A DNA stretch of 64,000 nucleotides from the human T2T-CHM13v2.0 reference genome, Homo sapiens: the NCBI RefSeq assembly GCF_009914755.1, contig NC_060928.1, one strand, 5' to 3'. This document shows positions 30,865-45,105 of the stretch, piece after piece. The stretch's first letter is position 1, and each line of letters begins with the position of its first letter. Position numbers and translations under genes: made by a program. Below the pieces are notes generated by a model that was not told the origin of the DNA, searched no databases, and was given only the letters and a program-made list of their open reading frames with translations.

Positions 30865-31847
30865 TTTTAATTTTATTATTATTATACTTTAAGTTTTAGG
30901 GTACATGTGCACAATGTGCAGGTTAGTTACATATGTATACATGTGCCATGTTGGTGCGCTGCACCCATTAACTCAACATGCAGCATTAGGTACATCTCCT
31001 AATGCTATCCCTCCCCCCTCCCCCTACCCCACAACAGTCCCCAGTGAGTGATGTTCCCCTTCCTGTGTCCATGTGTTCTCATTGTTCAATTCCCACCTAT
31101 GAGTGAGAACATGTGGCGTTTGGTTTTTTTGTCCTTGCGATAGTTTGCTGAGAATGGTGGTTTCCAGCTTCATCCATGTCCCTACAAAGGACATGAACTC
31201 ATCCTTTTTTATGGCTGCATAGTATTCCATGGTGTATATGTGCCACATTTTCTTAATCCAGTCTATCATTGTTGGGCATTTGGGTTGGTTCTAAGTCTTT
31301 GCTATTGTGAATAGTGCTACAGTAAACAAACGTGTGCATGGATCTTTATAGCAGCGTGATTTATAATTCTTTGGGTATATACCCAGTAATGGGATGGCTG
31401 GGTCAAATGGTATTTCTAGTTCTAGATCCCTGAGGAATCGCCACACTGACTTCCACAATGGTTGAACTAGTTTACAGTCCCACCAATAGTGTAAAAGTTT
31501 TCCTATTTCTCCACATCCTCTCCAGCACCTGTTGTTTCCTGACTTTTTATCACCAGCATTCTAACTGGTGTGAGATGCTTTTTCACTGTGGTTTTGATTT
31601 GCATTTCTCTGATGGCCAGTGATGATGAGCATTTTTTCATGTGTTTTTTGGCTGCATAAATGTCTTCTTTTGAGAAGTGTCTGTGCATATCCTTCGCCCA
31701 CTTTTTGATGGGGTTGTTTGTTTTTTTCTTGTAAATTTGTTTGTGTTCATTGTAGAGTCTGGATATTAGCCCTTTGTCAGATGAGTAGATTGCAAAAATT
31801 TTCTCCCATTCTGTAGGTTGCCTGTTCACTCTGATGGTAGTTTCTTT
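30865..31847 (-). mobile_element. 5'-truncated L1PA3/4-like element
   Basis: 3' UTR and ORF2 end; TSD tggacctctttt at 30853-30864 and 31848-31859. Confidence 0.95.
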
Positions 31848-33685
31848 TGGACCTCTTTTAAGGTAGGTCTAGTGGTAATAAATTCCCTTAGCATTTGCTT
31901 GTCTGAAAAGGATTTTATTTCTCCTTTACTTAAGAATCTTAGTTTGGTAGGATATAATATTCTTGGTTGGAATTTCTTTTGTTTTTTTTTCTTTTTAAGG
32001 ATGCTGAAAATAGAATATGCTCCTTGTCTCTTCTGGCTTGTAAGGTTTCTAGTGAAAGCACCACTGTTAGCTTAATGGAATTTCATTTATAAGTAACTGG
32101 CCTGTTCTGTCTAGTTGCAATTAATATCTTTTATTTTCCCTTGACCTTGGAAAATATGATAACTATGTATCCTGTGGTGCTTGTGTTGTTTATTGTCTCA
32201 CCAGAGTTCTTTGCATTTCTTGAATTTGCATACTGACCTCTCTCATGAGATTGAGAAAAATTTTATAGATTATATCCTCAAATATAATTTGCATGTTGCT
32301 CACTCTCTCTTCTTCTCTTTCAGGAATGCCAATTAGTTGTAGATTTGGTCTATTTACATGGTTACATATTTCTTGGAGGTTTTGTTAATTTATTAAAATC
32401 TTATTTTCTTTATTTTTGTCTGCCTGTGTTGATTCCAGTGAGTGGTCTTCAAACTCTTTGATTCTTTCCTCAGCTTGGTCTACTCTGTTATTAATGTTTC
32501 CAATTGTATTATGAAATTCCAATAGTGAATTTTTTAATTCTAGAAGTTCAGTTTGGTTCTTTCTTAAAATGGCTATGTCATATTTTAACTCTTGTATTGT
32601 TATACTGTTTTCCCTGAATTGGATTTCAACTTTCTCCTATATTTTCATGACTTTTCTTGCCATTCAGATTCTGAATTCTGTCTGTGATTGCTATTTCAAT
32701 CTGGTTAAGAAGCATTGCTGGGAGCTGGTTTGATCATTTGGAGATAAGAAGAAAATCTGGCTTTTACAGATGTCAGAATTCCTGCATTGGTTCTTTCTCA
32801 TCTGTGTATGCTGATGTTTCTTTAACCTTTAAATTGTTTATCCTTTGGATGGGGCTTTTTGCTTTTACATCCTTTAATAAACTTGAGGGTTTGATTGTGG
32901 TATAAGGTGGATTTAGTCAATTGGCGTCATTTCTGGATGCTTTCAGAAGGCCAAAGCTCAGCTCAGCAACCCTGGGCTGCATGCTCTAACCACTGGGGAC
33001 AGTCCTGCAGGAAAGACAGCTCCGTTCTCTCCAGGTCCAGCAGTTAACAAAGGTTAATGCCATCTAAAGGAGGACAGATGGCCATGGGGGATGGGCAGCT
33101 ATGGTCATGTTCCACTGCAGTTGTCCCCATGTGAAACCCTCTGGGCTCTGTGCAGACTCAAGTTATGTCTCTGCTGACTCTCTGGGCTGTTCCTCCACAC
33201 AGTAAAATGTCCATGGGGCTTGTGGGGTTTCCTGCAGCTAGGACCCCAGAGGGCAATGGCAGGTGTGCAGCATTCCACAGTTATTTCACTCTCCTCTTCC
33301 TTGGGAACTGTTCAGGGCCAGAAATGAGTCTTGGCACTTGGCAACACTATGCATGGTTCACAGCTTCCTCTCTCATCAGCCTTGGCATCTGTGTTGTCTC
33401 TCCTTTCACTTTAAATGCATTTTCTCAGAAGATCTGTTTGGACTATGTCAGTCTACTCAATATTCTACTCTCTCAGTAGGAGAAGCCCTTCCTGGCTACT
33501 TCAAATCTGCCATCTTGGATCTATATATCCCTTGGACTTTTAATGCTTAAGACATTAGAGATATTTTTCAAAAGACATAAGAGTCACATGTAGCTAATCT
33601 CAGGCATCTTCCTGCTATTCTATATCATATTTCTTTCTTAGGTACTAAACCACCCAAATGAGTTTTTTTTTTTCTTTTAGAGATT

Positions 33686-35351
33686 GTGTTGGTTTCTAAA
33701 GTTGCATAATACATTACCACAAAATTGGTGGCTTAAAACATCAGAAACCTGATGTTTTACTATTTCTGATCCTAAATATGTCCCTTTTCTGTCCCTTTCA
33801 GTACTGTTTGACAGTTTTTCTGCTGTTATAACATTGCCAAAAACCTTGTTTGTCTTCTTTCAATATAAAGGCAAGACATGACATTAAACATTAGCGTTCT
33901 GTACAAATCCTTCCTGGATAACTTTGTTTCTATTTCTAGATCCTACTGAGATGGTTGTTAGATCCATAAGACACACATCTACTTATATGCCTAAACTATC
34001 TTAGTATACAATTGTGCAACTACACCCTTGACCCAATTTCCAGAGCATTTTATTTGGATGGACTGAGAACTTTCAAAATAATCAGTGCTCATTCATTTTT
34101 ACTTAATAGTTTATATCCTAATTTATCTCTTTCCTGTCACAATTATAATAAAGTAACAATGAGAAACTAGGTTGTACCTTCCACATTTGACTTAGAAATC
34201 TCCTCAGCTAACTATCCAACTTAATCAGTTAGAAATTACATCTTTCACTCAGTGGCTGCAAAAAATTCAGCTCAGTTTTCTTACACTTTATGACAAGAAT
34301 AGCCTTCCCTCCAGTTTCAAATAGTGTGTTCCTCATTACCAGGTAAAATATCACCAGAAAAACTGTCAAAGTTCATAATCTAGCAACATTCTATTCATAA
34401 TATATGTATTCTCTAAGATAGTAGAAGCTTTCTCTCTAGCTCTCCTCATTACTTTCGGAGTCCTCACCAGAATCAACAGTAATGTCTGTGTGTCCAAGTA
34501 TTCCCTTCAAAGCAGTTTAGCCTTTTTTATCATGTGCCTCCAATCATTAATAGGCTCTACTCATTACCTTTAATAGAACACTTTTTTTTTTGAGATGGAG
34601 TCTCACTCTTTAGCCCAGGCTGGAGTGCAGTGGGGCAATCTCAGCTCACTGCAAGCTCTGCCTCCTGGGTTCAGGCTATTCTCCTGCCTCAGCCTCCTGA
34701 GTAGCTGGGATTACAGGTGACACCACCATGCCTGGCTAATTTTTATATTTTTAGTAGAGATGGGGTTTCACCATGTTAGTCAGGCTGATCTCCAACTCCT
34801 GACCTTGTGATCCACCCACCTCAGCCTCCCAAAGTGCTGGAATTACAGGCGTGAGCCATGGCATCAGACCTAGAACATATTTTTTGTATAAATAACAAAT
34901 ATCTCCTTGTGTTTAAATAGCCACTTTCCCATTCTCATGCATTTGTTATAGCAGCACCTAACTTCCCAATACCAAAACCTGAATTTGTTTCCTAGACCTA
35001 CTGTACAAATTGCCAAAAACATATCTATTAAAACAATAGACATTTTTGTCTCACAGTTCCAGAGACTAGAAGTTCAAAATCAAGTTGTAAGCAAGAACAT
35101 TATCCCTCTTAACCTGTAGGGGAAAATTCTGTTGGTTATAAACAATCTTTGGTGTTCCAATTTTCCCATGTCCTTCTTCTCTCTGTGTCTATGTGTCCCA
35201 ATTTTCTGCTTATTATAAGAACAGAAGTCATATTTAATTTGGGTTTACATTAGCTCAGTTACATTTTCCAAGATCTTATTTCCAAATAAGATTCTGTTCA
35301 AAGGTTCTAGGTGCATATGAATTTTGGAGGAATGCTATTAAACTCACTATA
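33686..35351 (-). mobile_element. MLT1 (B/C-like) element: partial LTR, MLT1-internal, LTR ~34980-35351
   Basis: 'ttaccacaaaattggtggcttaaaaca'; internal 'agaagctttctct...gctctcctc...cctcaccagaatc'; LTR 'ctcacagttccagagactagaagttcaaaatcaag'. Confidence 0.75.
34582..34870 (-). mobile_element. AluS (Sc-like)
   Basis: Full dimer; TSD core tagaaca on both sides. Confidence 0.92.
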
Positions 35352-36602
35352 GAGTTAATAAACTGTTTTGAGAAAAACATGGAAATTCCTTTTGCAATAG
35401 CCTATATCTAAAATCTATATCTTTCCTAGCAAAATAATTTAGATAACTTTTGTTAACACTTATTAATCTCTTTTCAAAAAAGATATTTTGGGCTTTATGT
35501 AAGTCATAAGTCATGTTTAGGTTTTTACTTTTATGGAGGAGACCCAAATATGAGACTTTAGGAAACCAAAAATAGAATACCTTAGTATGTAAAATGGGAA
35601 AAATGCTTTTAATGAATAAATTTGCAGCAGAATTGATATATGCAACAAAAACCTAAATTTAATTTAAAATAGGAAGCCATTTATTCTTCTGATGGCATCA
35701 ATTATCATTTAGACACAAGCTTGATTAAACCAAACAAAGGAATACAAAACATGCATTCTCTATTCCTCTTTTAAGCCATTTTACTGCAGTCATTGATTGG
35801 CTCTAGGGTTGGTGCCCCTGTGCCAAGGGTCTTTGTGTAAACATCAGGTTTTGTTAAGGGTCTACATGCCAGCAGATCTCCTTCCTTTACAGGTGATTGT
35901 TTTGGCACCCGGATATAAGCCGCTTTCATCAGTCACAAATCAAACTCCAATACCAATCACACTGCATAGTCACTAAAGGTAGACTTCCTGAAAGGAAAGA
36001 ATTGGCACATGATGTGCCAGATAGGTTGCCAATACCCTTGTTTTATTTCTATGTATCATTTTATGCTATTCCATTATAATGTGTGACTGGTCACCCAGAG
36101 ATTACATTTCCCTTTCAGCATATTCTACTTCAAAACGAATGTAAGACTGGCATTCTACAAACACTGTGGAACTTTACATATGATAATGCAAGAGCAAGTA
36201 GGTAAAAACAGAGAAAATCATTTATAGTTATCTAGAATGCCACTGACCCATTTATTTATTGATTTGTTCTTTACTAATTGCATGATTACTATTTGCCAGG
36301 TATCTTTATCTGCATATAAAGATGTTAAAAACTGATTTTACTGTTCTTAAAATTTAGTTTTATTAGAATAACAGAAATTTTATTCTATAGGACATTTAAC
36401 AGCTTTACATAAAACATGAACAAGGTGCTTCATTAATCTACCTTGAATAAATAATTTCAGCAGGCACATTCTTCATGCGAGTAGACTAAGGGTTTCTAGA
36501 AAGTTCACTGACAAAATGCTTATGGTATATATTGTCAATGAATCATAAATGCAAAAATCACTTCATAAAATAAAAATAATTTACCTTTCTCATAGTAGTG
36601 GT

Positions 36603-36635
36603 CAATTCAATTCAATTCAATTCACTTCAATTCAA
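36603..36635 (+). repeat. (CAATT)n pentanucleotide repeat
   Basis: About 6.5 units visible. Confidence 0.85.
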
Positions 36636-36646
36636 CCTTCAGGAGG

Positions 36647-37010
36647 TGTATTAGTCCCTTCCCAAGCAGCTAATAAAGACATACCCAAGACTGGGTAATT
36701 TATAAAGAAAAATAGGTTTAATGGACTCACAGTTCCACACATATGGAGAGGCCTCACAATCGTGGCAGAAGGTGAAGGAAGAGCAAAGATAGTCTTACAT
36801 GGCAATAGGCAAGAGAGAGTGTGCAGGAAAACTGCCCTTTATAAAACCATCAGATCTCTTGAGACTTATTCACTATCACAAGAACAGCATTGGAAAAACC
36901 CACCCCTGTGATTCAATTACCTCCCACGGGGTGCCTCCCACAGCACAGGGGAATTATGGGAGCTACAATTCAACATGAGATTTGGGTGTGGATACAGCCA
37001 AACCATATCA
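36647..37010 (-). mobile_element. THE1B-like solo LTR
   Basis: 'tgtattagtc...cagccaaaccatatca'; 5-bp TSD ggagg/gaagg. Confidence 0.93.
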
Positions 37011-38814
37011 GAAGGGCCTACTACATTGCCTATCTAATGGAAGTTTCCACTAAGAGTAGATCAACCATTAAAGCATTATCCTTCTTCTCCAAAATAAAAT
37101 AAAATAGTAACTTCAACTATATACATACTCATCTATCTTCTTTTGTTTGTTATCCTGTTATGGTGATTGTGTGTCATATGCCATGCTAATTTGTTCCTGT
37201 ACTTTAAAAAAATCCAAAATACATTAAACTGGTGAACAAACTCACAATTTGCTAATTAGCATCCTAACAATTATTATAATATGTCAAGGAAAATCAAACA
37301 GGAGTAACATATAATCTTAATTTATTATAGTGTGAACAGAGTATAACTGACACTTACCCCTGCAAGAAAACCCTCTAAAGTGATGTCTGGGTCTATAGGA
37401 AGTTCTTCCTTCCTACTTCAGTAACATAAGTTAAAACTTGGGTTGAAACAATACTGCTGTCTTTCAGTTATGTACTTAAAGAACAAAATCCATACCAAAA
37501 AAGAAGAGAAAGGGAGATATCAAAATTTACAGGGCATCAATACAGAAATTTCACCTCATTTAATCCTATTAATTAATTTTCTACACGATGCGATAAATCA
37601 AAAAATTGACTTCTTTCTTCATTGATGTGTATTGTCACCTTCAAAATGCTGTCAATCTGTCTCACATCTCTGCAGAAATCCTTAGGACTAAATCACTTTG
37701 TTTACACTTCCAAACATAAAACAGTGTAAATCTCCTCCATTTATTTCAGTTCACAAAAGGCTTTTTTTCTCTCTCTTTTTTTTCTTTTTGCCTATGACAA
37801 TGTATTATAGGTAACGGTAAAAAAAAAAAAAGAAAGAAAAGTCAAAATAATGGGCCCTAATTCAGAATAGGTAATTAACTTATTTAGTTAAATGGAGGAC
37901 AACAGTATGAAAATATAATTCCAAATTTTCATTTTTAATTTTTATAGCTGCCATAAGAGAAAAAACTTTGATAGCAGTTGAACATTGAGAGTGGAATCAA
38001 CTTGCTTTATTGTAATTCAGCCTCTTTACTGAATTGTTGTCCTGAAGGCTTTAAGTTATGTTTTATAGCACAGAGTTAGATCTTTTAAATATTTGTATCT
38101 GGTGGTTTTTGTTTTTAGTATTTCATTATCATTATATTTGAAATCAGCATTCAAAAGAGTTCTTGTTTTTCATTAAAATGTCTCCAATTGTGTGTGTGTC
38201 ATTCCAACTTATCTCTTTAATTCACCAGGTTTTACTAATACTATTTGTATTTACAAGGAAAATGCATTTTATTGAGCTAGGCTGCTTAATGTTTTGAAAT
38301 AGATAAATGGAGAGAGAAAAGTGGAATGTTTTCATATTAACTGATGTAATTTTTCTTTAACATTTGTGTTTTCTTGTTGCTCCATTTTTGTATATAATGT
38401 CTCTTCTCCATTTATACAGGTAATTTTCTATAATTATTATCATAGTCACAGTTTTTTCTATTATATTCCTGTGCCTTATTTAAAAAATTAATTTCTATAT
38501 AGTCATTGTATTTATTGTTCAGTGGTGAATATCTTATGTTTTACCATTTACTAATTATTTCTGGTATTTAAAAATGTAATTTTTATATTGATCTAATATT
38601 TAACATAATTATTAAACTTTTAACTATAAAAGTTTGTCAGTAGTAATCTATCTTTCTGACAATCATACAATATGGCAATATTAATTTCTTATTATTCTAG
38701 TCTTACATCTATTTTCTTGTCTTGTTGAGTTGGCTAACAACTCTAGGCAAATATAGACTAAATACACCGATAATTGCTATCGTTTTATATTTCTTGATTT
38801 TGTAGATAATTCTT

Positions 38815-39142
38815 CTCTTTGATTGTGGCCTAGACTTGATTGACCACTTGCTGTTAATGAATAGAATATTGCAAAAATGATAGGATACCATTTTCAATAC
38901 TAAGTTCTAAAAATATTGTAACTTCCATCTCATTTACTCTTATGTGCATTTCTGTCTTAAATACTTTGCTTTAGATGTGTGTTGTGAGCAGCCTTATGCA
39001 GAGAACCACATGGCTCCATTCATGAGAGTTCTTCTCTTATGACCTAATAACCTCTTAAAGGCCCTGCTTCCATATAGCCTCACATTGGAAATGGGATTTC
39101 AACATGTGAATTTTGGAGAACAAATGCATTCAGACTACGGCA
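38815..39142. mobile_element. Two abutting MaLR LTR fragments (MLT1F-like plus; MST/MLT1A-like minus)
   Basis: 'aatagaatattgcaaaaatgataggataccatttt', then 'ttatgacctaataacctcttaaaggccc...tttcaacatgtgaattttgg...cattcagactacggca'. Confidence 0.55.
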
Positions 39143-40125
39143 ACTACTTATTTCTTAATATTCTGAGTGTCATATACATTCTAAGCCATCTAGGACTTGT
39201 GTTTTTTATCCGGGAAAATTTTAAATTCAGACTTATTTCTTTACTTATTATAGGAATTATTTGAACTAAATTTTCTTGTCAGTTAATTTATATTTTTCTA
39301 ATAAGCATATAAACCATCTAAATTTATTTTATTATATTTAAATACCTTCTGTCATTGAAGTTACATTTTTATTTGTGCTGTATCTTTTTCATGAATAATT
39401 TTAAAGTTTTGTCAATGTACTAATCTTTTGAAAGAACCACATTATGTGAGTTTTTAAAATGTTGTTATATCTTGATTTTCTATCTCATTATTTTTCTTAT
39501 ACTTCCTTTTTATTTTCTTTGTGTATACATTAGTGTTCATTTTGTAAATGCATAAGGCAAATGTTTTGTTTATTTGTTTAGTCTTTCTTTTTCTTAATAT
39601 ACGCACCTTAGACTATAAATTTACCTCTAACTACTACTTTACCAACATCTTGCAAGTGTGATAAGTAGTATTTTAATTGTTAGTTTAATTTCCATTTTTA
39701 TTTAATCTGAACTCAAATATTATTTAGAAACTTATATGACATATAAATTTGTGAAGATTTATTTTTTCATCTTTTTGTGGTTTTTGATTTATAAAAATCC
39801 TGTTTTGATAAGAAACTGTTCTGTATAAAATCTTTTCTTTGAATTTCTTTGGCTTATATTTTAATTCATTATATATGCTTAATTTTACAACTAGTCTGTG
39901 CATGCTTTAAATGTTTATTTTGTAATAATTGGCAGAAGTTTCTATATGGCAATTATATTTATTGATTGCTCTTCTATAATTTTAATAAATATGTACCTGC
40001 TTGATAAAATACTAGAATAAAAGTGTTCCAATATAATGGTGGATTTATTTATATTTCATTGCGATTGTATGATATTTACTTTACATATTTTGAAACTTCA
40101 TTATTAGGTTTGTAAAAATTTGTCG

Positions 40126-40410
40126 TATTTCTTTCTCTTGACTGATTGCTTTGGCTAGGACTTCCAGTAGTATGTTGAATAGGAGGGGTGAGAGTGGGCA
40201 TCCTGTTCTTGTCCCAGTTTTCAAGAAGAAAGCTTCTAGCTTTTGCCTGTTTGGTATAATGTTGGCTGTAGGTTTGTTACAGCTGGTTCGTTTTATTTTG
40301 AGGTATGTACCTTTGATGCCTAGTTTGTTGAGGGTTTTTAGCACGAAGGGATGTTGAATTACAACAAAAACCTTTTCTGCATTTATGGAGATGATCATGT
40401 GGGTTTTTTC
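40126..40410 (-). mobile_element. Isolated internal L1P ORF2 (RT) fragment
   Basis: ORF 40081-40431 encodes [10 protein letters not shown]...[17 protein letters not shown]. Confidence 0.88.
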
Positions 40411-40839
40411 TGAAGTATTGCACACTTTCAAATTGATCTACGTTTTCAAATTCTGATACCTAGTTCTCATTTTTACTGGTTAAGAAGATATGCATTTTCT
40501 TTGTATTCTTCAGGTAGTTGCTGTTGAAATGATAACCTGCAATGTTAGCTTTACAGTGTCTTCTCTTAATAATTTATTCTCTTCTCAAGACAGGAGGATC
40601 ATAAACTACTATAATGCCAATCATATTTCTTTCACTTTGCTTAAATACTATAATTCCCAGTATTTAATGTATTTTTAAACAACTAAAATTAGACAACATT
40701 CAAATATTTTTATGCACTATATACTTGTTTAGACACATACAAGCATTTATCATTACCTTTACTTAACATTTCTTCTTTTTTTGACCTTTCTTCAAGAATC
40801 AGCTCCCATTTATCAAAGTAAGTTATTTAAGAATTTTCC

Positions 40840-40877
40840 GCACATGTACCCTAAAACTTAAAGTATAATAATAAAAA
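40840..40877 (+). mobile_element. Micro L1PA insertion (extreme 3' end only)
   Basis: 'gcacatgtaccctaaaacttaaagtataataataaaaa'; TSD aagaattttcc/aagaatttccc. Confidence 0.85.
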
Positions 40878-41524
40878 AAGAATTTCCCATACGTTTCTCT
40901 TGACTGTAAATTATTCATTTTTTTCACCCTTATTTTTGAAAAAAGAGAAGTTTTACTAAATACACAATTTTATTTGACTGAGATTTTTCTACAGTATTTT
41001 GATTACTATCTGTATTCCACCGGTGCCCTTGAGAAGTCACCTTTCACTAGAATACTTTATTTCTCCTTTGATTCTGATTATTTTTAAAGTTTCCTATTGG
41101 TCTTTAAAGTTTTATTGTATGACTAGAAAATTTCTACTATGCATATTTATCTTTGTCAATTATTTTGAAAAATATTTGCTATTACCGCTTTATTACCTCA
41201 CATTATTGTCTTTATTATCTCCTTTAGATCTTGATTAAGAAATAGCTTTTGAATCTTGTCCTCCTATCCTCCTAAGAGCAGAAGATTTTTTTTAGGCTTT
41301 TATTTCTTTCAGTTTTTCCACAATCAGACCACAGCCAAAAATCAATCTGTGGAAGCTACTAAGTTACTTGGATCTAAATACGTGCTCCAAAAGTACCCAG
41401 TGTTCATCACCATATGATTTACCTGGCTTGGTATTTATAATTTGTTTTCATCCTTCAAGTGATTCTATTTACTTTTTGTAGGCTTCACCATTAATTTAAA
41501 AATATCCATTTTTAAGTGTATAAA

Positions 41525-41532
41525 TGTGTCTG

Positions 41533-41565
<33 letters not shown>

Positions 41566-41582
41566 GCGTGTGTGTGTGTGTG
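41525..41582 (+). repeat. Compound (TG)n(TA)n(TG)n microsatellite
   Basis: Directly visible. Confidence 0.95.
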
Positions 41583-42895
41583 TTGTGTTCATACAGTCTG
41601 TAACTATATAGTCAGGAGATATCCAGAAATTATATTTCTGGGAAGATATTTTTTGACTTTTTTTCTCTTTTACACAATCATACTTAAAACTCAAAGTCCA
41701 GGTGTCTTTTTAAGCCCACCATAATTCTTTCAACTGGGGTTAGTCACACATTCCTCTTTGCTTCCAAGGCATTTTGCACGTCTCCAAATTTTAATAACTA
41801 CCAATTAAGTGTGAGGAATTACAGTCTATCATTAGAGATAAGTTAAATGAGAAATAAGCATTGCTCGTCATTAAAAATGTCACATGACCCAATTGAAGTT
41901 ACAATTCACTTGTCCGTGTACTAATAAGAAAATGGAAAAAAAATGTCATTGAAGAAGAACAAACAGATTTTCTGCAGTTCATTTTTAGTCAACTTGTTAA
42001 AAGTAGTTTATGAATTTGGCATAATAAAATTTTAGTTCCAAATTATAGATACAATTCAAAATTTTAAGGTACTGGTTGTGTTGGACAATATTTGAACACT
42101 TGGATAGAGTTAGGATTTCAAAAAGATTTCAGCAACCTAATGATACACTGGATAGCTACTATTCCATTTTAGCCTCAAGAGGAGAAGCAGTTTATTGTGT
42201 AATAATATGCCCAATTTTTTTGCAGAGATTATTTTATAAACTGAAATTAAGTTGTCTTATTTAAACGTGAGACAGTTGGATAAATCTAATTACCAAATCT
42301 AAATTAGCAAAATTTTCCATTTGATCAATGCATAAAGTCAAAAACATATGAGAACCTAAAAGGACACACCTATTAAATACTCATCAAGGGAGTGTCTAAG
42401 CTCATTAGTCCAAAAGGAGAAAGATATGCTGAGCTGAATATATATATCAGCATAAAAGCAAATCTGAAGGCATATTTAAGAAATGCATATTGCAAGTATT
42501 TTAAGCACTAATAATGAAAATGATAATCCTTTTGTAAATAAAGGAATTAATTAGAAATAATACATATAACTGATTGCATTTATTAAATCATTTACTAAAT
42601 GTTTATAGTAAAAACATATTAGATATCCTATTGTCTTTTAGCTACAGAATCTTTCCTCTTTACAGGTTACTCTGTGTTCCTATAACAACCTAGCTCAGTC
42701 TTCACAGTTAAACCATCATGCCAATATTTTGTATTTACCTGCTTATTTTCTTTGCCAATTGTAAATTTAGTGAAGGCATGAATTTCATTTATCTAGTTCA
42801 TTGTGATAACTATGGTTTCTGGCACAAAGTCTAATGTACAAAAAAGGTCACACTGAATGTATTAAACTAAACCCATTATACATAGTTTAGGCAAT

Positions 42896-43410
42896 TGCAG
42901 AAATAAACAAAAACCAAGCAAATGATAACAGACATAGGCTATTTATTCAGAGCTTGCTGTAGCAAGGGAGTCAGCCGCCACCCCTTCTGGTTTTGCAGAG
43001 AGTCAAAGGCAGGCAGAGTAGTGGGAAAACTTCACGGTGGAAAAAAAGGAAAGCTTTATGTATGTTCTAACAGGAGGATGTTGGCATGAGAAAGCTGTAG
43101 GCAGATTAAATAGAAATGGGGCATCATAGGTGAGGGTTGTGTTTTTGGCTTTTTCTGGTGGCACTAAGTTGGAAATAGGGACAAAAATTAAGTAAGCTGT
43201 CGGTTACTAACCAAGTCCTGGCCATTTGGGTCCCATTGTTATAGAGGCTTTTGTTTGGCTATCTGGATTGTTTCCTAGAGACAGTGGTTTGATTTCCTAC
43301 AAGTCTGACTTATAGATAACAGGATGGTTTCCTGAGTTGGTTGCCGCAGATTGTAAGTTAATCATATTTTTATATATACTTTGACTATTTTTTCTATATT
43401 TAGTCTCTCA
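42896..43410 (-). mobile_element. Solo LTR, probably ERVL class (family uncertain, LTR53/MER88-like)
   Basis: TG...CA ends, ~515 bp, AATAAA on the minus strand near 42950, 'agcaagggagtcagcc' motif. Confidence 0.65.
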
Positions 43411-44864
43411 TAAGCATGTAATTGAGAACATAAAGAGTTTAATGGTTATTGTCATGGTTTTTTGAAGGATATACAATATATACTTTTGATTTTGTGAAAT
43501 ATATATACTTCACAAAAAACCCTCTTCAAAACATATCTGTATAAAAGCATGAAGATGCATAAAAATAAAGCATAAAGCCTCTCAGTATCAATATTCGATC
43601 TAACCTCAGCTGAATATATAAGCAATTTAAAAATTCTATTTTAGACCTGTTTAAGATCACGAATCTTCAAATATGTCTAAAAGTAGATGAGAATAGATAA
43701 CTGTTTCAGATATAAAAATAAAAACTGTAACTATAATTGAAGGAGAAAAGGATATTGAACTAGTACTCATCAATGCTAAATCAGATATAAAACTTACAGA
43801 CAGACCCTGATGTCGAATACAGTAGTTTACTATGATTCATTGGTAACTAACTGAAATGACTTTAACAGATTCTAGAACAGCAGGAAAAGCTGGTTTAGCA
43901 AATCTCGTCATCATTACCAAACCACAGAGGTAAGTTTGAAAAATATTGGTTCTATTACTCTGTTGATGTTTGGTGACCAGTGAGCAAGACAAACTTTTTA
44001 TAGAGGTCTACATTTGATTTGCAAATCATAGATAATTATAATGATTGACATAAATTGTATTAATATACAGTCTCTCAGCTAAGAAGTAGATTTAGTAACA
44101 ATGAGCACAGATTAACATAAGACTTTAAAACCTTCCTCATCAATAACTCATTGATATTATAACAGATACATCATGGCAAAAATCAAAAAGTGAGCTAATT
44201 TCAACAATACAGAAGAAAAATTAGTTTAAATATGGTATTTAATGTCACCGAATTTTAGAAGACTTTAGTGGAAAAAAAAACAAAACAAAAAAATATACCT
44301 TGATTACAGTTTATATTCATGAAAATGTGTATAGAATTTAAGCCACAGGAGACAATAATAAACAACTTCCCCAACCTCTGATGAAAATCCCAAACCCATT
44401 TGGCTAACCAGAAATAATGCAGGAAAATTTCATTTTCAGTGCACCCTACTTAACTTGATTTATTTCCTTCCACTTTGATCTGTGCCTCATCAACTCTTGC
44501 TGACCTAGGTCTTCTTAAAATGTCCCAGCATAGACCAATCCTTTAGAAACTCCCTTCCTGTGCTCCCTAAATTATCCTTAAATTATCCAGGCTTTTACTA
44601 AGACTCTCCTCTAACAAAATATAAGAACTGTTCCACTTCCACTTATTCTTTTAAAGTACAATTATTTTGTTATCTTATTCAAATTCAGTAAGTAAACATG
44701 ATTAAGGATAAACATAATTCATTATGCTCATATCTTATGAACAAACATGATTACTGCCATCCTGGAATCTGATAAACTTACTTGAGCTACCATCAATAAA
44801 TCATAATAAACTACCATTCCATGTCAGAGTTTATCTCTATGTTTTGAAAGTAAAATTATAATTA

Positions 44865-45105
44865 GCCTAATATTTATTGACTTCATACAATGTACCATCC
44901 ACTTTATTAGGTGCCTTCAAAAATTATCTCATTCACTGTTTACTTCTGGAGGAATAGTAATCTCTATTGAGTAGATGATAAAACTGAGTGTGTGAAGGTT
45001 AATTGCTTTGTTAAAGGTTGCACGGGGAGTACACAGTAAAACTGTGATGCAGTCCACTTCTTTTCTGATCTGCTGATACCAAAGCCAACATTCTTTATGC
45101 CCTCC
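44865..45105 (-). mobile_element. MIR remnant
   Basis: 'gtagatgataaaactgagtgtgtgaaggttaattgctttgttaaaggttgcac'. Confidence 0.6.

Larger units (their letters stand above)
38330..41700 (-). mobile_element. Fragmented ancient L1M (L1ME-like) sequence with nested pieces
   Basis: T-rich antisense-L1 texture with motifs such as 'ctataaatttacctctaactactacttt'. Confidence 0.5.

Noticed and set aside
33521-33545. TSD for the old full-length L1
   Set aside because: Only a short 'gactttt' match to the 21.13-kb flank, too weak to call.
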